Notes: generated by a model not told the origin, from the letters alone. Numbered from the stretch's first letter, positions 30,371-41,563 are shown. The stretch is 64,000 nucleotides of DNA from Halarcobacter sp. (GCA_963676565.1 OY781089.1:1152001-1216000), one strand, 5' to 3'. Numbers and translations: made by a program.

Positions 30371-31738
30371 CTATAATAAAATTATTGTAGCTAAACCTAA
30401 AAAAGAAAAAAATCCAACTACATCTGTTACTGTTGTTAAAATTACCGTTGAACCAATGGCTGGGTCAATATCAAATTTTTCTAAAACAATAGGTATCACT
30501 GCTCCAAAAAATCCTGCACTTAAAAGATTTATCACCATTGATAAAGCAATTACAACACCTAAAAGTGGCATACTAAACCAAATAAAAGCAATTATTCCTA
30601 TAATAACTGCAAATAATAAACCATTAACAAGGGATATTAAAACCTCTTTTTTTATTGTTTTTTTTGCATCTGTATAAGATATCTCACCAAGTGCCATTTG
30701 TCTAACTGTTACAGTTAAGGTTTGAGTACCCGCATTTCCACCCATGGAAGCAACTATTGGCATAAGAACAGCTAAGGCAACTAAAGATTGTATTGTTGAA
30801 TCAAAAATACCAATTACAAGAGAAGCTAAGATTGCAGTTATTAAATTTATTCCTAACCAAAATGCTCTATTTTTTCCAATGATTACAATATCTTCTTCAT
30901 GTTCAGCTTCATCATTAACCCCAGCTAGTGAATAGATTTGTTTTGTATTTTGTTCTTGGATAATATCATGAATATCATCGTGTGTAATTCTACCTACAAG
31001 TTTTTCATTTTCGTCAATAACTGCTAGGGCACTTAAATTATAGTTTGTAAAAGTTTCAACAACATCAGAAATATCATCGTTATCTTTACAAGAATAGTTT
31101 TTGATTTTTTCTTTTGGTATATCTTCAAAATTTTGAGAATGTTCAAATAAGATAAGTTCTTCTAATCCTATTGTTCCAATAAATTTATCATCTTTATCAA
31201 TTAAATAGGCATGAAAAATATTATCTAATTCATTTACCTCTTTTAATTGTTTTAATCTTTTTAATGCAAGACCTATATTTTCATCTATTTTAGCACTGAA
31301 AAGCTCACTTTGCATATGGGAACCAGCAACATTATCTTCATAAGAATTTAGTTTTTCAATTACTTCTTTATCTTCATTATCAAGTTTAGAAAGAATAGTT
31401 TCAGCTGCATCCTCATGATCTTGAGCAATGTTATAAATAAGCATAGATGCATCATCACTATCCATTTTTGATACAATATTTGCAATTTTCTTTTCACTAA
31501 TTACTTCAGAAATCTCTTCTTGAACATAATTTGGCATTTCACAAAGTGTTTCAGCCAAAAGTTCACTTGGCATCTTTTTACAAATTGATTTATACTCTTC
31601 TTCATCAAGTTCTCTTAACTTTTCAAGTTCTTTAGCAATATCAAAAGGGTGAGGTGTCTCAATCTCATCTTTATAAGCAGAGATAATCTCTAAAAGATGG
31701 GATACTAACTCTTCAACACTCAAGTTTGTATCATTCAC
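30371..31738 (-). CDS. mgtE: Magnesium transporter MgtE
   Basis: HPFDIA N-domain, CBS pair, PIVASMGGNAGTQ, DPAIGS.VILTT.TD. GTG start at 31738 with AAGGAG SD, overlapping the exbD stop. Confidence 0.95.
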   Translation of the reverse strand: MNDTNLSVEELVSHLLEIISAYKDEIETPHPFDIAKELEKLRELDEEEYKSICKKMPSELLAETLCEMPNYVQEEISEVISEKKIANIVSKMDSDDASMLIYNIAQDHEDAAETILSKLDNEDKEVIEKLNSYEDNVAGSHMQSELFSAKIDENIGLALKRLKQLKEVNELDNIFHAYLIDKDDKFIGTIGLEELILFEHSQNFEDIPKEKIKNYSCKDNDDISDVVETFTNYNLSALAVIDENEKLVGRITHDDIHDIIQEQNTKQIYSLAGVNDEAEHEEDIVIIGKNRAFWLGINLITAILASLVIGIFDSTIQSLVALAVLMPIVASMGGNAGTQTLTVTVRQMALGEISYTDAKKTIKKEVLISLVNGLLFAVIIGIIAFIWFSMPLLGVVIALSMVINLLSAGFFGAVIPIVLEKFDIDPAIGSTVILTTVTDVVGFFSFLGLATIILL

Positions 31739-32129
31739 TTTTCTCTCCTTTTTCATTTGTAATTAGTGCAAGATTATTAAGATTATATTTTTGTAGAAGA
31801 TCTAAAATAGTTACAACTCTATCATATGTTACATTTTTATCAATTCTAACAATAACTGCTTTTTTCTTGTCTTTTATCACTTTTAAACTCTCTTCTAAAG
31901 ATACTAAATTTACTTCGACACCTCTAATTGCTATTTTTTCAGAACTTAGCTCTATAAATACTTGGTCTTCTTTTATTTGTGTTTCTTTTGCATTTGCTTC
32001 AGGTAAATCAAGCATTAAAGCTAATTGTTCTTTTTTAAAAACAGAAGTTACAATAAAAAATATTAATAGAATAAAAACAACATCAATAACAGGTGTTAAG
32101 TCAATTCCTAATTGTTCTCTTCTTTTCAT
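31731..32129 (-). CDS. exbD: ExbD/TolR-family biopolymer transport protein
   Basis: DLTPVIDVVFILLIFFIVTS, LDLPEA, VRIDK.V.Y. Confidence 0.9.
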   Translation of the reverse strand: MKRREQLGIDLTPVIDVVFILLIFFIVTSVFKKEQLALMLDLPEANAKETQIKEDQVFIELSSEKIAIRGVEVNLVSLEESLKVIKDKKKAVIVRIDKNVTYDRVVTILDLLQKYNLNNLALITNEKGEKSE

Positions 32130-32609
32130 CTAATCTATTAACTCTTTTTTCGCTTTTAATTCAATTGTATCAATCATCGAAATAAAATGATTGTATGCAA
32201 TATGGTGGGGAATAGCTACAATTAGACCAGCAATTGTTGTTATAAGTGCAATTGAGATCCCTCCTGAAAAGACTGTAGGATCACCTAAACCTTTTTGTGT
32301 TATCTCTTCAAAGGCTTTATATACTCCAAATACGGTTCCTAAAAGTCCTAATAGTGGAGCAACAGAAGCAATATTTTTAATATAAGTTAATCCAATTTCT
32401 AATTTTTTCACTTCATATTCAATCTCGATTTTTATATTGTGTTTGTTTTGTTCATTAAGTTTATCTTTTATTTTTTTTACCATTGCATTTTTTCTTGGAA
32501 TTGTTAAAAACTTCCAAATAATTATAGTAAAACCAATAATATTTAAAAAGATTAAAATATAAACTATCAAACCACCTTTATCAATATATTCCATTAAATT
32601 TAAATCCAT
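32130..32609 (-). CDS. exbB: MotA/TolQ/ExbB proton-channel protein
   Basis: IASVAPLLGLLGTVFG, GGISIALITTIAGLIVAIP. Confidence 0.88.
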   Translation of the reverse strand: MDLNLMEYIDKGGLIVYILIFLNIIGFTIIIWKFLTIPRKNAMVKKIKDKLNEQNKHNIKIEIEYEVKKLEIGLTYIKNIASVAPLLGLLGTVFGVYKAFEEITQKGLGDPTVFSGGISIALITTIAGLIVAIPHHIAYNHFISMIDTIELKAKKELID

Positions 32610-32655
32610 AATACCTCATTATAAAATTTTTGTTTATTTTAGTATAATAATTTTA

Positions 32656-33564
32656 ATGAATTATAAAAACTCTCCCATCACAAAAACAAAATTTAGAAAT
32701 AGAACTATATATGTCAAAAGAGACGACCTTTTAGATGAACAATTTTCTGGAAATAAAGCTAGAAAATTTTACTATTTTTTAGAAAATGAATTTCCAAATA
32801 TTAAAAAAATAGTAAGTTTTGGTTCTGCCCAAGCTAACTCTTTGTATTCTTTATCTGTTTTAGCAAAGTTAAAAAATCTAAAACTTGATTTTTATGTTAA
32901 TCATATTAGTTCATACTTGAAAGAAAATCCTTGTGGAAATTATAAGGCAAGTTTAGAAAATGGGGCAAATATTATTGAAAAAAATGATGAAAATATCCAA
33001 GGGTATATTGAAGAAAATCTATTAGATGAAAAGAGTTTATTTATAGAAGAGGGTGGAAGAGTTCAAGAAGCCCAATATGGAATAAAAATATTAGCTGATG
33101 AAATAAACTCATGGGTAAAGGAAAACTCTATAAAAGATTTAAAAATATTTTTACCAAGTGGTACAGGAACAACGGCTCTTTTTTTGCAAAAAAACTTATC
33201 TTTTGAAGTTTTAACTGTACCTTGTGTGGGTGGGGAAGAGTATTTAAAAAATCAGTTCTTTCATTTAGAAAAAGATGAAAAATACCATCCAAGTATAATA
33301 AAGCTTGAAAAAAAGTACCATTTTGGAAAACTTTATAAGGAGTTTTTTGAAATTTATGAAGAAGTTCTTAGTGATACAAATATTGAATTTGATTTATTAT
33401 ATGATCCTTTAGGTTTTATCTCAATGTATTCTTCACAATATTTTAATAAAAATATAACAATTTTATATATTCATCAAGGTGGAATTCTTGGAAATAAGAC
33501 TATGATTGATAGATATCAAAGAAAATATGAAAATAAAATTGACTTAAAAAATGGATTTAGATAA
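32656..33564 (+). CDS. PLP-dependent ACC deaminase/D-cysteine desulfhydrase family protein
   Basis: KRDDL...SGNKARK (PLP lysine), PSGTGTT, YIHQGG. Substrate cannot be assigned from sequence. Confidence 0.8.
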   Translation: MNYKNSPITKTKFRNRTIYVKRDDLLDEQFSGNKARKFYYFLENEFPNIKKIVSFGSAQANSLYSLSVLAKLKNLKLDFYVNHISSYLKENPCGNYKASLENGANIIEKNDENIQGYIEENLLDEKSLFIEEGGRVQEAQYGIKILADEINSWVKENSIKDLKIFLPSGTGTTALFLQKNLSFEVLTVPCVGGEEYLKNQFFHLEKDEKYHPSIIKLEKKYHFGKLYKEFFEIYEEVLSDTNIEFDLLYDPLGFISMYSSQYFNKNITILYIHQGGILGNKTMIDRYQRKYENKIDLKNGFR

Positions 33565-33595
33565 TATAATATATTTACATTATTAAGGTAAAACT

Positions 33596-36460
33596 TTGAA
33601 TATTATAAGATTAATAATCTTTTCTTTACTCCTTACCACTGAACTTTTCTCATCTCAAAACTTAGAAAAAGTAACTTTACAATTAAATTGGAAATATCAA
33701 TTTGAATTTGCAGGTTTTATTGCTGCAAAGGAAAAAGGTTTTTATGAAGATTTGGGTTTAGATGTTCAAATTAATGAGTTTGCTGGAGATATTAATGTAA
33801 TTGATGAAGTTAAAAATGATAGATCTACCTTTGGGATTTATGATACCTCATATTTAAATCTTTATGATCCCAAAAAGCCAATAGTATTAGTTGCTAATTA
33901 TTTCAAAAAATCTGCTTTAGTTTTCGTAACAAATCAAGATATTGTTGTTCCTGAAGATTTAAAGGGTAAAAAAGTAATGTATTTAAAAAATGAATTAAGA
34001 GATTCATTACTTGGAGAGCTATTAAAAAAACATAAAATAAAAGAAAGTGATCTTATCCCTATAGACCATGATTTTACAGGCGAAAAGTTTATAAATGGAG
34101 AGGTTGATGCTTTTTCTGCTTTTGTTTCAAATGAACTTTATCATGTAAAAAAATCACAAGTACCATACCGAATTATTGACCCTCAAAATTATGGGATTAT
34201 TGGCGGTGGTCTAAATCTATTTACTTCTTATAATAATGCCAAAAAAAATCCAATCATGGTACAAAAGTTTTTAGATGCAACTAACAAAGGATGGGATTAC
34301 GCCTTTGAAAATAAAGAAGAAATAATAGATATAATTTTTGAAAAATATTCAAAATTAAAGTCAAAGGATGCTTTATTATTTGAAGCAATTGAGACTGAAA
34401 AATTGATGATGACAGGTATTTATAAAATAGGTGAGGTTATTGAAAATGTTGTTAATCAAGATATTTTAAGATCACATGTTAATATCTCCATTTCCAAACT
34501 TCTTTTTAATAAGATTTTTACCTATGACAACATAGATTTTTCAGAAAAAGAAAAAAATTATATAAAAAAGAAAAAAGAGATTAAAGTATGTATTGATCCA
34601 AGTTGGATGCCATATGAAATGTTTAGTGAAGATGGGAAACATATTGGTATGACAGCTGATTTTCTTAAATTGATTTCTGAAAAAACAAACCTTGAAATAA
34701 ATACAGTTCTTACAAAGTCATGGTCTGAATCTTTAGAGTTTGCTAAACAAAGAAAATGTGATATTCTTTCCCTTGCACAAGAGACACCCTCAAGGTTAAA
34801 GTATATGAAGTTTACTAGTTCATATATTAACTTTCCAGTTGTAATTGCAACTTCAACAGAAAAACTTTTTTTGCCAAATCCTGAAGAGATTATAGAAAAA
34901 GAGAAAGTTGGTATTGTAAAGGGATATTCTATGGGAGAATATTTAAAAAATAAATACCCAAATAATAAAATTGTTGATGTAGATAATATAAAGCAAGGAC
35001 TTGAAAAGGTTCAGTCTGGTGAACTATATGGTTTTGTAGATTCTTTACCAACAATTGCCTATCTACTCCAGCAAGAATTTATTGAAAGTTTAAAAATTAC
35101 TGGTAAATTTGATAGAAAATTTGATTTAGGAATTGCTGTTAGAAATGATGATGAATTCTTATATGAAATAATTCAAAAAGCTGTGGATAGTATTCCTAAT
35201 TCAACTATGCAGGAGATTTTTAGTAGATATATTTCTGTAAAGGTTGAAGAATCAGATGATTATAAATATTTATTTGAGATTTTAGGAGTATTTTTTATTA
35301 TTATAATAATTGCTTATTTTAGAAACAGACAATTAAAAAAATATAATGATATACTAAGTAGAACTCAGAAGAAATTAGAAACCTCACTGGAAAGTTTTGA
35401 AAAACTTTTAGACTCAGTAAATGAAGGAGTCTTTGTATTTGATGAAAATGGAAAATGTTTACAGTCAAATAAAATCGCAGCTGAGCTTTTTGGTTTTGAA
35501 AATAAAGAACAAGTAACAGGACAACATATAAAAGATTTAGTTAGCCCTAAATCATATGCTTTAGTACTTGAAAATATAAAAAAAGACCTAGAAGAAGCCT
35601 ATGAAATTGTTGTACAAAAAAGAGATGGAGAAGAGTTTCATGTTCTTGCAAAAGGGAAAGATGCTATTTTAGATTCAAAAAAAGTGAGAATCTCATCTGT
35701 TCTTGATTTATCCGAGCTAAAACAAAAAGACAAACTTTTATCACAACAATCAAAAATGGCAGCTATGGGTGAGATGATTGAAAATATAGCCCACCAATGG
35801 AGACAACCTTTAAGTTTAGTTTCTAGTATCTCAACTGGAATAATTGTAAAAAAAGAGTTAGGTGTATCAGATTTTGATGATGAAAAGAAAGACTTAGAAA
35901 AAATTAATGACACTGCACAACATCTATCTCAAACTATTGAAGATTTTAGAAATTTTTTCAAATCAGACAAGGAGAAAAAAGAGTTTTCAATTTTAAAATC
36001 AATAGAAAAAAATCTTATGTTAATTGAGGGGATATTAAAAAGTAATAATATTCAAATCGTTCTTGGTCAAAAAGATGATTGTAAAATTAAAAGTTATGAA
36101 AATGAATTTACACAAGCTTTATTAAATATTTTTTATAACGCAAGAGATGTTTTAATAGAAAAAAGCTTAGAAGAAAAATTCATTTTTATTAATGTGCAAT
36201 CAAATAAAGAAAACATTGTTGTAACAGTATTAGATAATGGTGGTGGAATAGAAAACAGTATTATAGAAAAAATATTTGACCCATATTTTACAACTAAACA
36301 CCAAGCACAAGGTACTGGAATAGGTCTTTATATGACCCATCAAATTATTGAAAAACATATGGGTGGGAAGATTATTGTAGAAAATGAAAAATTTGAATAT
36401 AATAATATAAAATACAAAGGTGCAAAATTTAGTATTTATCTACCTACAAAAATGGAGTAA
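33596..36460 (+). CDS. Hybrid sensor histidine kinase (NMT1/THI5-like SBP, PBPb, TM, PAS, HisKA/HATPase)
   Basis: [23 protein letters not shown] (NMT1-like); [10 protein letters not shown] (PBPb); [23 protein letters not shown]. Confidence 0.9.
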   Translation: MNIIRLIIFSLLLTTELFSSQNLEKVTLQLNWKYQFEFAGFIAAKEKGFYEDLGLDVQINEFAGDINVIDEVKNDRSTFGIYDTSYLNLYDPKKPIVLVANYFKKSALVFVTNQDIVVPEDLKGKKVMYLKNELRDSLLGELLKKHKIKESDLIPIDHDFTGEKFINGEVDAFSAFVSNELYHVKKSQVPYRIIDPQNYGIIGGGLNLFTSYNNAKKNPIMVQKFLDATNKGWDYAFENKEEIIDIIFEKYSKLKSKDALLFEAIETEKLMMTGIYKIGEVIENVVNQDILRSHVNISISKLLFNKIFTYDNIDFSEKEKNYIKKKKEIKVCIDPSWMPYEMFSEDGKHIGMTADFLKLISEKTNLEINTVLTKSWSESLEFAKQRKCDILSLAQETPSRLKYMKFTSSYINFPVVIATSTEKLFLPNPEEIIEKEKVGIVKGYSMGEYLKNKYPNNKIVDVDNIKQGLEKVQSGELYGFVDSLPTIAYLLQQEFIESLKITGKFDRKFDLGIAVRNDDEFLYEIIQKAVDSIPNSTMQEIFSRYISVKVEESDDYKYLFEILGVFFIIIIIAYFRNRQLKKYNDILSRTQKKLETSLESFEKLLDSVNEGVFVFDENGKCLQSNKIAAELFGFENKEQVTGQHIKDLVSPKSYALVLENIKKDLEEAYEIVVQKRDGEEFHVLAKGKDAILDSKKVRISSVLDLSELKQKDKLLSQQSKMAAMGEMIENIAHQWRQPLSLVSSISTGIIVKKELGVSDFDDEKKDLEKINDTAQHLSQTIEDFRNFFKSDKEKKEFSILKSIEKNLMLIEGILKSNNIQIVLGQKDDCKIKSYENEFTQALLNIFYNARDVLIEKSLEEKFIFINVQSNKENIVVTVLDNGGGIENSIIEKIFDPYFTTKHQAQGTGIGLYMTHQIIEKHMGGKIIVENEKFEYNNIKYKGAKFSIYLPTKME

Positions 36461-36464
36461 AGAT

Positions 36465-39400
36465 TTAAATTTCAAATCCTATTAGAGCTATATCATCATT
36501 TCTTTCAAATTCACCTTGATACTCCATCATCTCATAAAGAAATATCTCTTGTTGTTTAGCTAATGGTAGTTCATAATTATTTTCTATAATTTTTTTAAAT
36601 CTTCTTTTTCCAAATGGAAATCCTTTTTCCCCTCCATTCTGATCTAAATACCCATCCGTTGTGATATAAAATCTCATCCCTTTAGTTGCTTCTATAGTAT
36701 ATTCTGTAAATTTATAGTTTTTATTAGATTTTTTATATCCAATAGATTGTCTATCCCCTTTTAAAACATTTATTACTCCATCTTCTTCATAGAAAAGAGC
36801 TATCTCTGCTCCTGCATATTTAACTATATTGTTTTTTCTATTGTAATATAAAATTCCTCCATCAAATCCAGCATTAGAAATAGATGATTCATCATCTTGT
36901 TTTAATAGATGTTTCATACTTTTGTTAAAAATTGATAATATTTTTGCAGGACTTACAATCTCATCAGTATTTTTTATATTCGATATAATTTGTCTTTCTA
37001 TTGCTTTTACTAACATTGTTACAAAAGCACCTGGAACTCCATGTCCTGTACAATCAATTACCATTAGAATACATTCATCTTCATCTCTTAGCTCTTCAAA
37101 TAAATATATATCTCCCCCTACAATGTCTTTTGGATGCCAAATTGCAAAATAATCATTAAAATAGTTTTTAAAAGAAGAGTTTTCAGGAATTAATGCATGT
37201 TGTATTAAAGAAGCATATTCAATACTATCTTTCATTTGTTTATTGATTAGCTTTATCTCCTTTTCGATATCTTTTTGTTTTGTAATATCAACAACCATTC
37301 CAATATATGCATCTTCATCTTTATATTTAATAGGTTTAACTGAAAGTAAAGCAATAAACTCTTTTCCTGAATTAGTTTTGTATCTTTGTTCTAAATTTTC
37401 AACATAACCATATTGTTGCATTTTAGATAAAATTTCATCTTTTTGATTTAAGTTTGTATACACAGTATCTATTGATTTTCCTATTAGTTTTTCAACAGCT
37501 ATTTCATATTGTATTGATGAGTATTCATTTGCATATAAAATTGTTCTATCTTTTTTTGAAGTTATCAACACAGGAAGCATTATATTTTCAAGAATAATCT
37601 CAATTTGTGCTTTCTGCTCTTCTAGTTCATATGTTCTTTCTTCAACTTTCAATTCTAGATTTTTACTTAAATCCTCAACAATTTTTCTATTAGTAATATC
37701 TTGACTTATTGCTTTATACCCTATATGATTTGAGTTGCTATCATAATCTAACTCTATTTTTGAATAAAGCCAATAAGCAGTACCATCTTTTTTTATATTT
37801 TTTATTTCACCTTCCCAAATCTCACCATTTTTTAAACTTTTCCAAAGTTCCTTAAATAGTTTTTGAGGCATATCAGGATGCCTTACAATATTGTGAGCTT
37901 TACCTACTAGCTCTTCATTAGAATAACCTGAGGTATTACAAAATGCGGTACTTACTTTTGTAATAATTCCTTTTTTATCAGTATTTGAGAAAATTACATT
38001 TTTATCTAAGGATATTAACGTATTTTCAAGTTGTTCTTTTTGTTTTTTTATGTCTGCAGTTTTTTTATCAACAAGTTGCCTTAATTTTTTATTCCAATAT
38101 ACGATAATTGATACGATAATTAAGATTATAATAATTACTGGTAATACATATGATAAAACTTTTTTAAGAGAAAAACCTTTGTTTTCTTCAACTTTTACTT
38201 TAACCCAGCCATTATAAATCTTTTCTCTATCTTTTTCAGATATTGTTTTAAAAACTTTATTTACTATGGAAAGCAATTCTGGCATTTTTGGATTTATTAG
38301 GTAGTGATGGTTAAAGTCTTTTCCTGTTTGACCAGTTAATTTAAGATTATCTTTTCCTATTTTCGAAATATTATAAAGTGCAGGAGCAATATGCCCTATA
38401 AATACATCTGCTTCATGGTTTGATACTTTTAATAAAGCTTCAAAGATACTTCTTGTTTCTATTATTTTAATATCAGGATATAAGTTTTTTAAATAATTAT
38501 AGCTTGTATAGTATTTTGGTATTGCAAATACTTTATCTTTAATCTTATTTAATGACTCAACATAGTCTATAGTATCATTTGTAACTATAACCATTGGATA
38601 AGAAGCATATTTATTTGAAATAAGTCCTAAAAGGACTTCTTCTTTTGAATCACCAATTCCAGGAACTAAATCTATTTCACCATTTTTAAATTTTTCGAGT
38701 ACATCAGGCCAAGAGTTAGAAGGTACAAATTTAAACTCAATACCTGTAGCTTCTGATACTAAATTTAAATAATCTCCCATAATACCTGACATTGAATCAT
38801 TTTCAATAATTGATAAAGGTTTCCAATTTATTTCACTATATTTAACTACTATTTTTTTATCTAGCCATTGATACTCTTTTTTACTAAAATCAATTTTTCT
38901 TTTTTTGTCAAACCATTTTAATTTAAGTTCATCAATATCTTGAATCGATATTTTTTTCATTGCTTTTTTTAATATAGAGTGTAATTCAGGTGCATCATTT
39001 CTAACTGCAATATATAAATTTTCCATCTCGGGATCATCAGCTTTTACATCAGCAGTATATTTTAATCCCTTAATCACATTTTCTTGCATAATATTGTCTA
39101 ATATGGCTGTTTTACCTAAAGTAGCATCGACTTCTCCATATACTACTGCTTTTATACTTTCTAAAGTGTCATTATATGTAAGAATTTCAATTTTGGGGTA
39201 TTTGTCTTTTAAATATTTTTCATATATAAAACCTTTTATAACAGATACTTTTTTGCCAAAAAGTGATTCAATATCTGTTATATCATTTCTATCATCTTTT
39301 GTTAATATTGAAGTTACATTTCTTGCATAAACACCTACATAAGAGAGTTTTTCTTCTCTGTCTTTAGTCCTTGCAATGTTCATCATAACATCAATTTCTT

Positions 39401-39977
39401 TGTTATATGCCTTATTTAGAGATTCATTCCATGTTCCAGTGATAAACTTTACTTTAAATCCCGCAATTTTAGATAGTAAGTTTATATAATCTATAGAGTA
39501 ACCAAGAGGTAGATTATTTTTATTAAAGTTAAAAGGAGCCCAATCGTATTCATTATGAACTTTTATTGTAGGGTGCTTGGTAAGCCAGTTTTTTTCTTCT
39601 TTTGTTAGTTCTATTCTAATGTTTTGTTTATTTGAACAAATATCCATTTTACCTATTAATTCATCTTTATGGGTAATTTCATATGTTTCTTTTTTACATT
39701 CTATTTGGAGATGTCCTTCATCAAAATTTTCTTGTACAATTTCATGTTCTCTATTTTTATATAAAAACAAAAATCTTTTGTTTGTCAAAGAATCATATAG
39801 CGTAATATATTTGATTTGATCATTTTTACTCATATGATTTTTTAAAATATTAATCACTTCATTTTCATCTAATACATAAAATGGACTAGCAATTTGATTA
39901 GCTATATCTTTGTTTGTAATTATGGCAAATGAGCTAGAAAATATAAGAATAATTGTTAAAAATATTTTGAGTATCAT
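36465..39977 (-). CDS. Membrane-bound SpoIIE/PP2C phosphatase with two PBPb and two PAS domains (SiaA-like)
   Basis: HNEYDWAPFN and SEINWKPLS PBPb domains; TM; PAS with HNIVRHPDMP; PP2C motifs PKDIVGGDIY, DCTGHGVPGA, TDGYLDQNGG, RNDDI. Confidence 0.88.
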   Translation of the reverse strand: MILKIFLTIILIFSSSFAIITNKDIANQIASPFYVLDENEVINILKNHMSKNDQIKYITLYDSLTNKRFLFLYKNREHEIVQENFDEGHLQIECKKETYEITHKDELIGKMDICSNKQNIRIELTKEEKNWLTKHPTIKVHNEYDWAPFNFNKNNLPLGYSIDYINLLSKIAGFKVKFITGTWNESLNKAYNKEIDVMMNIARTKDREEKLSYVGVYARNVTSILTKDDRNDITDIESLFGKKVSVIKGFIYEKYLKDKYPKIEILTYNDTLESIKAVVYGEVDATLGKTAILDNIMQENVIKGLKYTADVKADDPEMENLYIAVRNDAPELHSILKKAMKKISIQDIDELKLKWFDKKRKIDFSKKEYQWLDKKIVVKYSEINWKPLSIIENDSMSGIMGDYLNLVSEATGIEFKFVPSNSWPDVLEKFKNGEIDLVPGIGDSKEEVLLGLISNKYASYPMVIVTNDTIDYVESLNKIKDKVFAIPKYYTSYNYLKNLYPDIKIIETRSIFEALLKVSNHEADVFIGHIAPALYNISKIGKDNLKLTGQTGKDFNHHYLINPKMPELLSIVNKVFKTISEKDREKIYNGWVKVKVEENKGFSLKKVLSYVLPVIIIILIIVSIIVYWNKKLRQLVDKKTADIKKQKEQLENTLISLDKNVIFSNTDKKGIITKVSTAFCNTSGYSNEELVGKAHNIVRHPDMPQKLFKELWKSLKNGEIWEGEIKNIKKDGTAYWLYSKIELDYDSNSNHIGYKAISQDITNRKIVEDLSKNLELKVEERTYELEEQKAQIEIILENIMLPVLITSKKDRTILYANEYSSIQYEIAVEKLIGKSIDTVYTNLNQKDEILSKMQQYGYVENLEQRYKTNSGKEFIALLSVKPIKYKDEDAYIGMVVDITKQKDIEKEIKLINKQMKDSIEYASLIQHALIPENSSFKNYFNDYFAIWHPKDIVGGDIYLFEELRDEDECILMVIDCTGHGVPGAFVTMLVKAIERQIISNIKNTDEIVSPAKILSIFNKSMKHLLKQDDESSISNAGFDGGILYYNRKNNIVKYAGAEIALFYEEDGVINVLKGDRQSIGYKKSNKNYKFTEYTIEATKGMRFYITTDGYLDQNGGEKGFPFGKRRFKKIIENNYELPLAKQQEIFLYEMMEYQGEFERNDDIALIGFEI

Positions 39978-40687
39978 TTAAGAGGCTTTATATATTCGTT
40001 AATTAGTTTTATAGTTTCATCTGAAACATTTTTTGAACAAATTAGATATCGTTTATTTCCCTTTGGTATATTTTTTACACTAAAAAATTTTAGATCATTC
40101 ATTGCTTTATTATTCAATAAAATTTTTGCTTCTTCTTCTGAAATAAATAAATAATCAGCCCTTTTTGCAACAATCATTGAAAGCATTTTTTTATTATTAG
40201 TATAAACTTCTTTTTTTATTGTTTTAAAGTTTTTTATTTTTTCATCTAAAAAAGAACCATATGAGTAAGAAGCTTTAGAAAGTAAGCTTAAGTTTCTATT
40301 TTTCAATAACTTATCGATTGGAATATTTTTTAATATATTTTCATTCTCTTTTCTTGAGATTATTCCTAAAGGCATGTCTTGATATAAAGGAAGTGTGAAT
40401 TTTGCAAATTTTTCTCTTTGAGTATTTTTAAACCAGCCTACAGCACACATTTTATTTATATTAGCTTCTATCTCATACAAGTGTCTTTTTGATGGCTTTT
40501 CTTTTAATTCATATTTTATTTTAGAATATTGTAATGCTTTTATTATGGGAGTAGCTACTAGGCCTTTAATTGAATCTGAATATTTTTCTACATAGGGTAC
40601 TCTTTCTTCGTATGCAATAATTAAAGAGTCTTCTGCTTTTAGTAATGTTATAAAAAGTATTGTTAAAAAGAAAAATATTTTAAACAT
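39974..40687 (-). CDS. Periplasmic substrate-binding-type protein, coupled to the SpoIIE gene
   Basis: Signal peptide; YEERVPY, P.KR, GWFKN.QRE.FAKFT.PLYQD, RADY; ATGA overlap with the downstream start. Confidence 0.75.
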   Translation of the reverse strand: MFKIFFFLTILFITLLKAEDSLIIAYEERVPYVEKYSDSIKGLVATPIIKALQYSKIKYELKEKPSKRHLYEIEANINKMCAVGWFKNTQREKFAKFTLPLYQDMPLGIISRKENENILKNIPIDKLLKNRNLSLLSKASYSYGSFLDEKIKNFKTIKKEVYTNNKKMLSMIVAKRADYLFISEEEAKILLNNKAMNDLKFFSVKNIPKGNKRYLICSKNVSDETIKLINEYIKPLK

Positions 40688-40822
40688 ATTGAACCTTTAT
40701 TATGAAATCATATTATAAATTATATAAAAAGTAATTATAATATGATATTATTTATTATACAAAAGTTGAATTAAAGCTTACTTTTGTAATTATTAATTAT
40801 AAAAGTAAAAATAAGGTAGCTT

Positions 40823-41002
40823 GTGAAATTTTTAATTGTTGATGATTCAAAATTGCTAGAAAAAGTTTATTTTTATATTTAAATGAATTAAACTATATGA
40901 TTTTAAGTGAGCTAATTGATGGATATAATGCAATAAAAAAGTTATTATAAAACCCTTTTCAGTAGAAAATTAAAAGAATCTATTGATGAGATAAAAGGTT
41001 AA
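40823..41002 (+). pseudogene. Decayed CheY-like single-domain response regulator
   Basis: Not in ORF track. GTG start after AAGG; successive frames give MKFLIVDDSK / IARKSLFLYLNELNYMILSELIDGYNAIKK / VIIKPFSVE / KLKESIDEIKG*. The central half, including the phospho-Asp, is absent. Confidence 0.75.
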
Positions 41003-41005
41003 AAA

Positions 41006-41560
41006 ATGAATATAAAAATAATTCAAGATATAGTAGAAGAAGACGGTATTATTTTCTTAACGTATGGTGGTTTTCTTTCTCAATCATTAATCTCTTCAAT
41101 GATGGAAGCCTTGGAAAAAGAAGCAAAAGAACGTGACTTAAGTTTGGGTATTGCAAGTAATATATTTACTATTTTTATTGAATTAACACAAAATATGATG
41201 AATTATTCAAAGAGTAAAAGTATTGATTGTGAAGAATTAAAACCACAAGGTTTGATTGTGGTTACAAAAGATTTAGAAGAAAATTACTTTATACACAGTC
41301 AAAATATAATCACACAAAAAGATAAAGATAAAATTCAACCAAAATTAGAGGAATTGGTAAGTTTAACTAGAGATGAAGTTAAGAAAAAATATAGAGAATT
41401 AAGAAGAAGTGGTAAAGATAAACATGGTCAAGGGGGAGGAATTGGCTTTTATGAAATCGCAAAAAGAAGTGATGAAGTAAAGTTTAGTTTTAAGGAAATA
41501 AATAAAGATAAGTTTTATTTCCATTTTATTGCAAAAATTGTTACAAGTAAGGAGAAATAA
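41006..41560 (+). CDS. siaB: SiaB-family protein kinase (GHKL anti-sigma-like fold)
   Basis: LTYGGFLSQSL, IFIELTQNMMNYS (N-box), GGGIGFYEIAKRS (G-box); adjacent to siaC. Confidence 0.85.
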   Translation: MNIKIIQDIVEEDGIIFLTYGGFLSQSLISSMMEALEKEAKERDLSLGIASNIFTIFIELTQNMMNYSKSKSIDCEELKPQGLIVVTKDLEENYFIHSQNIITQKDKDKIQPKLEELVSLTRDEVKKKYRELRRSGKDKHGQGGGIGFYEIAKRSDEVKFSFKEINKDKFYFHFIAKIVTSKEK

Positions 41561-41563
41561 TTA

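Noticed and set aside
31726..32133. 135-aa plus-strand ORF and other short antisense ORFs (e.g. 1020, 7434, 8641, 24011, 26114, 35638, 48084, 57138, 61610, 63191)
   Set aside because: All lie opposite or within well-supported genes and show no recognisable motifs.
32656..33564. Calling this gene a true ACC deaminase (plant-interaction trait)
   Set aside because: Only family-level PLP motifs are visible; substrate specificity cannot be assigned from them.
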